Shown: positions 54,982-62,890 of the stretch, one piece after another
Numbering within the stretch: position 1 is the first letter of the stretch
Layout of the letters: each line of letters opens with the position of its first letter
NCBI GenBank assembly: GCA_040753755.1
Contig: JBFMDB010000017.1
Location: 9,729 to 73,728, forward strand
DNA: 64,000 bases
From: Chloroflexota bacterium
GTDB lineage: Bacteria; Chloroflexota; Anaerolineae; Anaerolineales; Villigracilaceae
Direction of reading: 5' to 3'
Notes under the pieces: model-generated
What the model saw: only the letters and a program-made list of their open reading frames with translations
Told to the model about the DNA's origin: nothing
The model's database searches: none
Made by a program: the position numbers and the translations under genes

Positions 54982-55623
54982 TTATTTTTTCGTGTGAAGT
55001 TGTGAAATGGATTGGCGCACGGCGCGCGCGATCAGCCAGCCTGCAAGGGTGGCGGTTCCCGCGTATTGAATCGTATCGCCTTCATTTGCGGCGGCAATGA
55101 CCATCGAGTCGGTGGATGTGCCTGTGGCGGGATGACCGTCTTGCGCGCGGTATCCTAATTCGGATAATACGGCGGTCTTGGCTTCGGTGGCGGTGATGAC
55201 GGCGTTGACCAGCGCGGCGCGGCTCAGGCGGGCTTGAAGGAGCAGGATGATGTTGATGGTGCCTGCGGAGTTTGGCAGGAAAGGCGGCGTGACTCCCGCG
55301 CAGGCGGCGTTGCTCATGCCCATTGTGACGAGGGCGCCGACGGTTAAACCATGTTCGGTGAGAAAAACAGGCACGGCAGCGCCAACGCTGGCGGCGGTCA
55401 TCATGCCGATGAAGTTTTCGTGAATGCCTTTTTCACGCGCAAAACGGCGCAGGTCTGCGGCGGGGTTTGCGCCTGCGTAGTTTTTATCCACTTTGAGGTT
55501 GAGGATGTGGCGCGTCTTTTGGAAGCCGCCGCCCACCACGCCAGAGGAGAGCGCATTCAGCGGGCGCGGCGAGTACAGGTGGATGTGCGATTCGGTGATG
55601 AGGATGGAAATGTCTTTGATCAT
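54982..55623 (-). CDS. cbiZ: Adenosylcobinamide amidohydrolase
   Basis: 213 aa. LNALSSGVVGGGF motif recalled as the CbiZ family core; cob context. Confidence 0.75.
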   Translation of the reverse strand: MIKDISILITESHIHLYSPRPLNALSSGVVGGGFQKTRHILNLKVDKNYAGANPAADLRRFAREKGIHENFIGMMTAASVGAAVPVFLTEHGLTVGALVTMGMSNAACAGVTPPFLPNSAGTINIILLLQARLSRAALVNAVITATEAKTAVLSELGYRAQDGHPATGTSTDSMVIAAANEGDTIQYAGTATLAGWLIARAVRQSISQLHTKK

Positions 55624-55699
55624 GTTTTGGATGGGACGATACTACGGCAAACTCAGGGCAGGCTTTCATATCGGGTTTAAGTGCGACATGAATGTCGCG

Positions 55700-56437
55700 T
55701 TACAAAATTTTTGCGGTAAAACAGACAAGGGTCAGCATTTCAACCAAAATGGTCACTGCGCCGTAAATATCGCCTGTGAGACCAGGCAGCAAGCGCATAA
55801 CATATCCAGCAACGATAAGACCGATCATCGCCGCTCCGAGTATGAAGCCCAGCCCCAGCCAGCCAAATGAGAGCCATGCCGTCATGCCCGTAATCAAGGC
55901 GGCAGTTACAATCTCCCGCCATGTGACGTTATTTTTCATGTCAAAGCCAATCCCGTCTTTGCGCGCGTAAGGGAGGAAGAAAATCACGAGCGGCAAAGCC
56001 CAGCGTCCCAATGTAGCGGCAAGCAGCAGGGATGGAAGAGCCATTGAAGCATTCATCGAGGAAAGCGCGGCATACTTTGTGAGCAAAACCAAAACACCGC
56101 CCGCCACGCCAAACGCGCCCATGCGCGAGTCTTTCATGATTTCAAGCCGCCGTTCGGGAGTCCAGCCGCCGAAGAGACCGTCGCACGAATCCATGAAGCC
56201 GTCGAGATGAAAGGCGCGGGTGAGCATGACCCACGCGAACAAGGTCAGCGCGGCGGAGACGGCTTGCGGAAAAAGCAGGCGCGCAATGAAATTTACGCCA
56301 TAGAGCGCAAAGCCCAGCGCCACGCCCACAAGCGGAAACCAGCCTGCGGCGCGTCCCATCTCTTGCGGCGTGAACATGCGTTTGAGGATGGCAGGGAAGA
56401 TGGTGAGGAATTGGAAGGCGGCGAGAATTGGGGTCAT
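55700..56437 (-). CDS. cobS: Adenosylcobinamide-GDP ribazoletransferase (cobalamin synthase)
   Basis: 245 aa multi-TM protein. AAFQFLTIFP N-terminus is typical of CobS. Confidence 0.9.
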   Translation of the reverse strand: MTPILAAFQFLTIFPAILKRMFTPQEMGRAAGWFPLVGVALGFALYGVNFIARLLFPQAVSAALTLFAWVMLTRAFHLDGFMDSCDGLFGGWTPERRLEIMKDSRMGAFGVAGGVLVLLTKYAALSSMNASMALPSLLLAATLGRWALPLVIFFLPYARKDGIGFDMKNNVTWREIVTAALITGMTAWLSFGWLGLGFILGAAMIGLIVAGYVMRLLPGLTGDIYGAVTILVEMLTLVCFTAKIL

Positions 56438-56527
56438 TGGAGGTTAGTGATTAGAGATTGGAGAATAGTGGGTAGTGAGTGGAAAGTGGAAAGTGATATA
56501 TGACCATTCAACTACTCAACCATTCGA
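56438..56527. repeat. Strand-asymmetric spacer of short word repeats (GTGATTAG, GTGGAAA, GACTACT units)
   Basis: ttagtgattagagattggagaatagtgggtagtgagtggaaagtggaaagtg...caactactcaaccattcgactactcgactacttgactaac. The 13-mer GACTACTCGACTA recurs at 62948-62960. GTGATTAG-N2-ATTGG recurs, reverse-complemented, at 49061-49080. Confidence 0.7.
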
Positions 56528-57586
56528 CTACTCGACTACTTGACTAACACCCGCTTCGCCGAACGTCGCCATCTCAGACAGAACCTTGCAGGCGGCTTCT
56601 GCCAGCGAAATGCCCAGCGCCGCGCCTGTGCCTTCGCCAAGACGCAAGTCCAAATCGAGCAGGGGTTTTAAGCCAAGCCATTCGAGCATCAGCGCGTGAC
56701 CGTTCTCCTTTGAACGATGCGCGGAGATCAAATACCCCTTGCATTGTGGCGCGAGCGTTACGGCAATCATCGCCGCCGCAGTGGAAATAAATCCATCCAC
56801 CATCACGGGGACATGGTTTGCCGCCGCGCCAATCATCACGCCCGCCAGTCCGCCAATTTCAAAGCCGCCTACTTTCGACAATACATCCAAGCCGTCGTTT
56901 GCGTCTGGCTTGTTCACATCCAGCCCGCGCGTAATTGCGGAAACTTTTCGCTTCCAGCCTTCGTCGTCCACGCCCGTGCCGCGCCCTGCAATTTTTTCGG
57001 GCGGCAGGTTCATCAACGCACAGGCAATCGCCGCCGAAGGCGTGGTATTGCCGATGCCCATATCGCCCGTGCCGAGGATGTCTGCGCCTTTGGAGATTTC
57101 GTCCAATGCGACTTCGATTCCATGTTGAATGGATTCCTCCGCCTGTTCGCGCCTCATTGCCCGACCCTGAGCCAGGTTCGCCGTCCCCGAGCCGACTCTG
57201 CGCCGAATCAGATTCGCGTCCGCCGTGGGGATGTCTCCTGCCACGCCCATATCCACCACGGTCACTCTCGCGCCGATGTGACGCGCCAGCGCGTTGATCC
57301 CCGCGCCGCCTGCGAGGAAGTTCAACACCATCTGCGGCGTCACTTCCTGCGGGTATGCGCTCACACCTTCGGCGACCACGCCGTGATCGCCCGCCATCGT
57401 GATGATGACTTTTTCTTGTATCGAGGGAATCGGCTTGCCTGTAATCCCCGCCAGTTGAATGGATAGTTCCTCCAGCCTGCCCAAACTGCCTGCGGGCTTG
57501 GTGAGTTGATTCTGCCTCTCTCGCGCCGCGTTCATGGCGGCTTGGTCGAGGGGTTGGATTTGTTTGATGGTTTCGGTGATGGTCAT
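56528..57586 (-). CDS. cobT: Nicotinate-nucleotide--dimethylbenzimidazole phosphoribosyltransferase
   Basis: 352 aa; LTKPAGSLGRLEEL, GDMGIGNTT, GEGTGA motifs. Confidence 0.9.
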   Translation of the reverse strand: MTITETIKQIQPLDQAAMNAARERQNQLTKPAGSLGRLEELSIQLAGITGKPIPSIQEKVIITMAGDHGVVAEGVSAYPQEVTPQMVLNFLAGGAGINALARHIGARVTVVDMGVAGDIPTADANLIRRRVGSGTANLAQGRAMRREQAEESIQHGIEVALDEISKGADILGTGDMGIGNTTPSAAIACALMNLPPEKIAGRGTGVDDEGWKRKVSAITRGLDVNKPDANDGLDVLSKVGGFEIGGLAGVMIGAAANHVPVMVDGFISTAAAMIAVTLAPQCKGYLISAHRSKENGHALMLEWLGLKPLLDLDLRLGEGTGAALGISLAEAACKVLSEMATFGEAGVSQVVE

Positions 57587-57631
57587 GGTATCTCCTGATG
57601 AGTTATGAGTTGCAGGTTGCGTATTGTGATT

Positions 57632-57776
57632 ATCAGTAGATCACGAAAATCCCGCGCAAATTTGGCGTTATACCGCACTCGGTCACAAATTGCGCTTTTT
57701 TAGAGGGTGGAAAGCGCAATTTGTGACCGTGGGTATTATAGAGAACGCCAAGTACGCGCTTTCGTGAAGTACTGAT
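57632..57776. repeat. About 145-bp imperfect palindrome with a perfect 15-bp core stem
   Basis: Core GGTCACAAATTGCGC (57681-57695) / GCGCAATTTGTGACC (57714-57728). The outer arms atcagtagatcacgaaa... and ...tttcgtgaagtactgat also pair. It fills the cobO-cobT spacer. Confidence 0.8.
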
Positions 57777-57778
57777 CA

Positions 57779-58300
57779 TCAGAACTCAATCCCTGCCTGC
57801 GCCTGGATGCCTTGCTGGTAGGGATGTTTTATTTCCAACACGTCCGTCACCAGGTCAGCCGCTTCCAGCAGTTCAGCGGGGGCGTCCCGCCCTGTGATGA
57901 CAAGGCGCAGGTCGGCGGGTTTGTTGGTCTTCAGCCACACTGCCGCCTCTTGCGCGTCCAGCCAGCCAAAGTGAAAGAGGAAGGTGAACTCGTCCAGCAC
58001 GAGGACATCATACCCGCCGCTGGTGATTTTCTCCTTGACCGTTTCCCATGCCTGCAAATTGACTTTGCGCGAAGCGTCCCAATCCTTGCTTTCCCACGAA
58101 CAGCCGTCGCCCAGCGGGACGATTTCGATGTTGAGTTTTTTTGCGGCTCGATATTCTCCATAATCGGCGGCGCCGCTCTTCAAGAATTGGAACATACCCA
58201 CGCGCATTCCCCGCCCCCAGGCGCGGAGCATCATGCCGAGCGCGGCGGTGGTTTTTCCCTTGCCGTTGCCTGTGTAAATGATGAGTAAGCCTTTTTTCAT
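57779..58300 (-). CDS. cobO: Cob(I)yrinic acid a,c-diamide adenosyltransferase, copy 1
   Basis: MKKGLLIIYTGNGKGKTTAALG P-loop, LDEFT, C-terminal HPYQQGIQAQAGIEF. Confidence 0.9.
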   Translation of the reverse strand: MKKGLLIIYTGNGKGKTTAALGMMLRAWGRGMRVGMFQFLKSGAADYGEYRAAKKLNIEIVPLGDGCSWESKDWDASRKVNLQAWETVKEKITSGGYDVLVLDEFTFLFHFGWLDAQEAAVWLKTNKPADLRLVITGRDAPAELLEAADLVTDVLEIKHPYQQGIQAQAGIEF

Positions 58301-58312
58301 CTTGTTATCCTG

Positions 58313-58372
58313 TCATTGCGAGGGCGCGCTTGACATGAGATTGCTTCGTCGCTGTCGCTCCTCGCAATGACA
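58313..58372. repeat. Palindromic GTCATTGCGAGG...CCTCGCAATGAC element
   Basis: Perfect 12-bp terminal stem (58313-58324 / 58361-58372), internal gagattgcttcg. Sits between the two cobO copies. Confidence 0.85.
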
Positions 58373-58373
58373 T

Positions 58374-58898
58374 TTAGAACTCAATCCCTGCCTGCGCCTG
58401 AATGCCTTGCTGGTAGGGGTGTTTCACTTCTCCCATTTCGCTCACCAAATCGGCGTATTCCACCAACTCGGTAGGGGCGTTGCGTCCTGTGATGATGAGG
58501 TGCAAGTCGGCGGGTTTGTTGGCTTGCAGCCAGTGAATGGCTTCGGCGGAGTCTATCCAGCCGAATTGCAGGGGGTAGGTGAATTCGTCCAGCACAATCA
58601 GGTCATAATTCGCGCTGGCGATTTTTTCCTGCGCCAGTTCCCAGCCTTTGCGGGCGCGGGCGGTGGTTTCGTCCATGTCTTTGGAGAGCCAGGTGAAGCC
58701 ATCGCCGCTGATGTGCCATTCGATGCCTAGTTTTTGGGCGGCTTTGATTTCACCCCATTTGCCTGTTTCCGATTTGATGAATTGAATGACGCACACGCGC
58801 ATTCCCCGCCCCCAGGCGCGGAGCAGAGTCCCAAACGCGGCGGTGGATTTTCCCTTGCCGTTGCCTGTGTTTACAATCAAAAGTCCTTTTTTGCTCAT
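58374..58898 (-). CDS. cobO: Cob(I)yrinic acid a,c-diamide adenosyltransferase, copy 2
   Basis: Start moved to ATG 58898 (MSKKGLLIVNTGNGKGKSTAAFG). Same C-terminal HPYQQGIQAQAGIEF. Confidence 0.9.
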   Translation of the reverse strand: MSKKGLLIVNTGNGKGKSTAAFGTLLRAWGRGMRVCVIQFIKSETGKWGEIKAAQKLGIEWHISGDGFTWLSKDMDETTARARKGWELAQEKIASANYDLIVLDEFTYPLQFGWIDSAEAIHWLQANKPADLHLIITGRNAPTELVEYADLVSEMGEVKHPYQQGIQAQAGIEF

Positions 58899-58938
58899 GA
58901 TGGTTTTTCCTTGTTCGTGCGAAGATTGAGAGAGTCTC

Positions 58939-59769
58939 TTACGCAATATGCAGCGGATGTTCTTCTAACGTCCGCTTGAGCCACGCCGCCGTTTCCATGA
59001 TGGAGGGCCCGTCGTGGATGATGTTATGCCCGCGTGTGATGTTTGATTCGATAACGGGAAGCCCCTGCCAGCCGCGCTCGTTTAGCAGGGCTTGCGCGTC
59101 TACGGGGTATTCGGGTTCGGTGAATAAGACCATCGCGTCGGGTTTGCGCCGCCAGGTTTCGGAAAGGTCGAGGCGCAGGTAGCCTTGCCGTTCGTTCCCG
59201 TAGATGTTTTCGCCGCCCGCCGCTGTGAGGATGTCGTGGATGAAGGTCAGTCCGCCTGGGGCGCGGGGGTGTTTTCCGAACCAGCATTCGGCGTAGATTC
59301 TTTTTCGAGGGGCGGGCGAATCAGATTGAAGTCCAAGAAAGAAGCGTTGGATGCGGTCTGCCAGGGCGCGGGCTGAGTCCACTTCATCCATCAAGCCGCC
59401 AAGCGTGACGATATTTTCGCAAATTCCGTGCAGGCTGTTGGGCAGAGGCAGGCTGAAAACGGGGAAGCCTTTTTCCGCCAGTTTTCGCCCCACTTCGCGT
59501 TGAACGCCAGTGGTCATCAATACCAAATCGGGTTGGAGTTCGGCGAGTTTGGTTTCGTTTATGAAAAGGTAATCGCCGACGATGGGCGCGGTTAGATTTG
59601 GGACGTAACGCGGGCAGTAGGACGAAACGCCAACTACTCTTTCGCCATGCCCTGTTTCAAAGATGGTTTCGGTCAGCGATGAGACCAGGCTGATAATGCG
59701 CTGCGGGCGTTTGGGAAGCGATACAAAACGCGCAAGCGAATCACAGTAGATGCGTAATTGGTCAGGCAT
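58939..59769 (-). CDS. BtuF/TroA-fold corrinoid-binding-protein homologue without signal peptide
   Basis: Start moved to ATG 59769 (8-nt overlap with the ATPase gene). MPDQLRIYCDSLARFVSLPKRPQRIISLVSSLTETIFETGHGERVVGVSSY goes straight into the conserved first beta-alpha unit. Confidence 0.7.
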   Translation of the reverse strand: MPDQLRIYCDSLARFVSLPKRPQRIISLVSSLTETIFETGHGERVVGVSSYCPRYVPNLTAPIVGDYLFINETKLAELQPDLVLMTTGVQREVGRKLAEKGFPVFSLPLPNSLHGICENIVTLGGLMDEVDSARALADRIQRFFLGLQSDSPAPRKRIYAECWFGKHPRAPGGLTFIHDILTAAGGENIYGNERQGYLRLDLSETWRRKPDAMVLFTEPEYPVDAQALLNERGWQGLPVIESNITRGHNIIHDGPSIMETAAWLKRTLEEHPLHIA

Positions 59770-60550
59770 ATTGTTCCGCCGTTTCGATGGCTGAGACAAA
59801 CGGACGCCCATGTATGGGGTGGGGTAACACATGCAGAGGCACATCGTAGGCTGGGACAAGCAGTTTGGATGTGATGGTCTGCTCAGGCGTTCCAATGGCT
59901 TGAAGACGTCCTTCAGCAAGCAATGCCACGCGGTCGGCATATTGCGCGGCGAGATTCAAATCGTGCAAGACGATTAATACGGCAAAGCCATCCTTATGCG
60001 CCAGGCTGGAAGCCAGGGAAAGGATGTTGAGTTGGTATTTCAAATCAAGGTGCGCAGTGGGTTCGTCCATCAATAACAGCGGCGCAGATTGCGCCAGGGC
60101 GCGCGCCATGAGAATGCGCTGGGCTTCGCCGCCCGAAAGTTCGCCCACGCGCCGTTTTGCAAGGTCGAGGGCGTTCACACGTTCCAGCGAGCGCCGCGCA
60201 ATCTCTTCATCCTTTTGGGAGGGCTGTCCGAGAAAATTCAAATGCGGGGTGCGTCCCATCAACACAGTTTGCCAGACGGTGAATGCGGGTGGCAGCGCAG
60301 CCGCCTGCGGAATGACCGCCATGAGGCGGGCGCGTTGAAGCGGAGAAAGGCGCGTCACATCCTGACCGTTGACCTGAATCTTGCCGCGTTGGGCAGGGAT
60401 TACGCCGCTGACTGCCTTGATGAAAGTGGACTTGCCCGTGCCATTGGGTCCGATGAGCGCTAACATTTTGCCGCCTGCCACGTTCAGCGAGATATTCTCC
60501 AAAACAACCCGCGCTCCATAGCGAACGGACAAGCCAGTGACCTTGAGCAT
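59762..60550 (-). CDS. btuD: ABC importer ATP-binding protein (BtuD/FepC-like)
   Basis: MLKVTGLSVRYG, Walker A GPNGTGKST, LSGGEAQR, LLLMDEP. An alternative upstream ATG at 60655 overlaps the permease stop. Confidence 0.85.
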   Translation of the reverse strand: MLKVTGLSVRYGARVVLENISLNVAGGKMLALIGPNGTGKSTFIKAVSGVIPAQRGKIQVNGQDVTRLSPLQRARLMAVIPQAAALPPAFTVWQTVLMGRTPHLNFLGQPSQKDEEIARRSLERVNALDLAKRRVGELSGGEAQRILMARALAQSAPLLLMDEPTAHLDLKYQLNILSLASSLAHKDGFAVLIVLHDLNLAAQYADRVALLAEGRLQAIGTPEQTITSKLLVPAYDVPLHVLPHPIHGRPFVSAIETAEQYA

Positions 60551-60654
60551 GTTGTTCCTGCCGTCATCGCGATTGAGGTCGGGTGAAAACGTCTCCATTG
60601 GCTCCCAGGCGTTTTCATAAGTTCCAGCATGGAAAGGTTCATGTTCCCGATACA

Positions 60655-61650
60655 TCACCACACTCCTTGATTTTTTGCGCGGCGCAAGACCCATAAAAAG
60701 AAGGGCGCGCCTGCCAAAGCGGTAATAATTCCAACAGGGATTTCCTGCGGGGCGAGAACCACCCGCGCCAGCACATCGGAAACCAGCAGGGCGGTCGCGC
60801 CGCCCAACACTGAAAGGGGAAGCAACTGCCTGTAATCGGGACCCGCCCAAAGTCGGATGAGATGCGGAACCACCAGTCCGATAAAGCCGATGATGCCAGC
60901 AAACGATACGGCGGCGGCGGTGGCAAGCGAAGCGGCAATCAGCAATATGGTTTTGGCGCGCGAGACGTTCAAGCCAAGTTGCTGCGCCTGTTCATCGCCA
61001 AACTGAAGCAGGTTGAGGGTATGTCCGTTCAGCAGAATAATGGAAAGCCCGAGGAACAGGTAGGGCAGCATGGCGGCGATGGACATCCAGCCCAGTTGAA
61101 TGGAGCCGCCCATCAGCCAGCTCATGGCGCGGCGCAGTTCGCCGTCTGAACGAAGCATGAGAAATGAGGTGAGCGAGACGGCGAAGGAGGAAACGGTGAC
61201 GCCAGCCAGAATCAGCGTGGTGGTGGGGACGACATTCCCCGTGCGCGCCAGCAGGTAGACGATGAAGACCGTGAGCAGCGCGCCCAGAAACGCGGCAAGC
61301 GGAACCGCCATCAGCCCCCAGAAGGAGTAGGACCATTTGACGCTCATGGCAATTACCGCGCCCAAGCCCGCCCCCGAAGCCACGCCGATCAGGTATGGAT
61401 CTGCCAGCGGGTTGCGGAACAATCCTTGATACGCCGCTCCGCTTCCTCCCAATGCCATGCCTGTCAGCGCGATCAATACCGTGCGCGGCAGGCGGATCTT
61501 CCACAGGATGGAGTTGGTCAGGTCTGCTCCATGCCCTGTCAGCGCGGCAAGCAATTCAGCAAGCGGAAGAAAGACCGAACCAATTGCCAGGCTGAGGAGC
61601 AGGGCGAGTAGAAGAATGAGGAAAGAGGAAAGAAAAGGGATGCGAGACAT
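60655..61650 (-). CDS. btuC: FecCD/BtuC-family ABC importer permease
   Basis: 331 aa, about 9-10 TM helices, LRLPRTVLIALTGMALGGSGAAYQGLFRNPLADPYLIGV. Confidence 0.9.
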   Translation of the reverse strand: MSRIPFLSSFLILLLALLLSLAIGSVFLPLAELLAALTGHGADLTNSILWKIRLPRTVLIALTGMALGGSGAAYQGLFRNPLADPYLIGVASGAGLGAVIAMSVKWSYSFWGLMAVPLAAFLGALLTVFIVYLLARTGNVVPTTTLILAGVTVSSFAVSLTSFLMLRSDGELRRAMSWLMGGSIQLGWMSIAAMLPYLFLGLSIILLNGHTLNLLQFGDEQAQQLGLNVSRAKTILLIAASLATAAAVSFAGIIGFIGLVVPHLIRLWAGPDYRQLLPLSVLGGATALLVSDVLARVVLAPQEIPVGIITALAGAPFFLWVLRRAKNQGVW

Positions 61651-61677
61651 GGGAGTAAATACGAAAACGAGTAGACA

Positions 61678-61712
61678 ATTAATTTGTATACCTGTCTACT
61701 CGTTTCCTTGTC
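61678..61712. other. 10-bp hairpin CGAGTAGACA-N15-TGTCTACTCG between the SBP and permease genes
   Basis: Read directly from the sequence. Contains the GTAGACA word also seen in the array at 19821-19876. Confidence 0.6.
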
Positions 61713-61718
61713 TGATTT

Positions 61719-62720
61719 CTACTGCGTTACCACTAATTCAGGATGCAAAATCTTCAACAACTCTTCCAAGCCATCCACCAAACGGGGACCAGGTCGGCTG
61801 GCGAGATTGTCGTCAAAGGAAAAGATATTTCCTTCCTTGACGGCAGTCAGTTCCGCCCACCCTGCGCGCTCGGCAATGGATTCAATCGTGACGCCCCATT
61901 TGGTATCGCCAAGAACAATGAAATCGGGGTCTTGCGCGACGATCTCCTCCAAGCTGATCTGCGCGAACGAATCGGAAAGCACGCCGCCAATGTTGATGCC
62001 GCCCGCTTCTGTAATCATCGCATCCATGAACGTGCCAGGTCCCGATGTCCAGGGTTTGGCGGGGTCGGTTCCGTCAATTTCATAGAAGACAGTCGGTTTT
62101 TCGGCGACGTCTGCAACTGCCGCCCGCACCGCCTCCACGCGCTGTTGAAGCGCCTCAACCAAATCTGCCGCTTCGCCTTCATGCCCCGTCAACTGACCCA
62201 TGATGCGCAGGTGTTCGTACATGCCTTCAAAGTCGGTTGGGGTTTCAAAGAAGTACACGGTCACATCCAGGTCTTCCAGCGCCTTGATTTGTTCGGGGCT
62301 GTTGATGCCCGCCGCAACCACCAGGTCGGGGTTGAGCGCAAGGATGGCTTCGGTGTTCAAAGTCTGGTAAGTCGAGCCGATGCTTGCCACATTCAGCGCT
62401 TCTTCGGGAAAGTCCGAATACTCGTCGCGCCCGACGACTTGTTCTCCTGCGCCAACGGCAAAGAGGACTTCAGTCAACGACGGCGCGAGCGAGACCACGC
62501 GCTGGGCGGGGGATTCAAGCGTGACTTCGCGCCCAAGTCCGTCTGTGAGGGTGATGGCTTCGCTGGCGGGCGCTTCGGTTGCGGCTGCCGCTTCGGTCGG
62601 GACCTCTGTGGCTGGTTCGGCGGCATTTGGCGCTTCCGTCGGGACGGCGGTTGCGGGCGCGCACGCTCCCAGCATAAGGGCAAGCGCGAGGGTTAGTAAT
62701 AGAAAGGTCTTGCGAAACAT
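61719..62720 (-). CDS. btuF: Periplasmic-type corrinoid/siderophore substrate-binding lipoprotein (BtuF-like)
   Basis: Start moved to ATG 62720. MFRKTFLLLTLALALMLGAC, PTEA-rich linker, RVVSLAPSLTEVLFAVGAGEQVVG. First gene behind the cobalamin riboswitch. Confidence 0.8.
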   Translation of the reverse strand: MFRKTFLLLTLALALMLGACAPATAVPTEAPNAAEPATEVPTEAAAATEAPASEAITLTDGLGREVTLESPAQRVVSLAPSLTEVLFAVGAGEQVVGRDEYSDFPEEALNVASIGSTYQTLNTEAILALNPDLVVAAGINSPEQIKALEDLDVTVYFFETPTDFEGMYEHLRIMGQLTGHEGEAADLVEALQQRVEAVRAAVADVAEKPTVFYEIDGTDPAKPWTSGPGTFMDAMITEAGGINIGGVLSDSFAQISLEEIVAQDPDFIVLGDTKWGVTIESIAERAGWAELTAVKEGNIFSFDDNLASRPGPRLVDGLEELLKILHPELVVTQ

Positions 62721-62787
62721 GATGGTAATCTCCAAAGCGTGATGTGGCGCTGTGCGGTAATATGAAAGTTGCCGCACAGCATATTGA

Positions 62788-62818
62788 ATCAAAAGCCCCT
62801 GCCAAATTTGGGCAGGGG
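62788..62818 (-). terminator. Riboswitch expression-platform terminator
   Basis: Minus strand CCCCTGCC-caaattt-GGCAGGGG followed by CTTTTGATT. Confidence 0.6.
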
Positions 62819-62890
62819 AGGCGGGAGAGTCAATCCAGGTCAGGACCGTCCTCCACCTCCTTTCCGCGAGAAGTGGGCGAACCGACCAAA

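Noticed and set aside
57587-57778. Possible second cobalamin riboswitch upstream of cobT
   Set aside because: There is no GGGAA...GCCACTG-type core or B12 box. The region is explained by a long palindrome.
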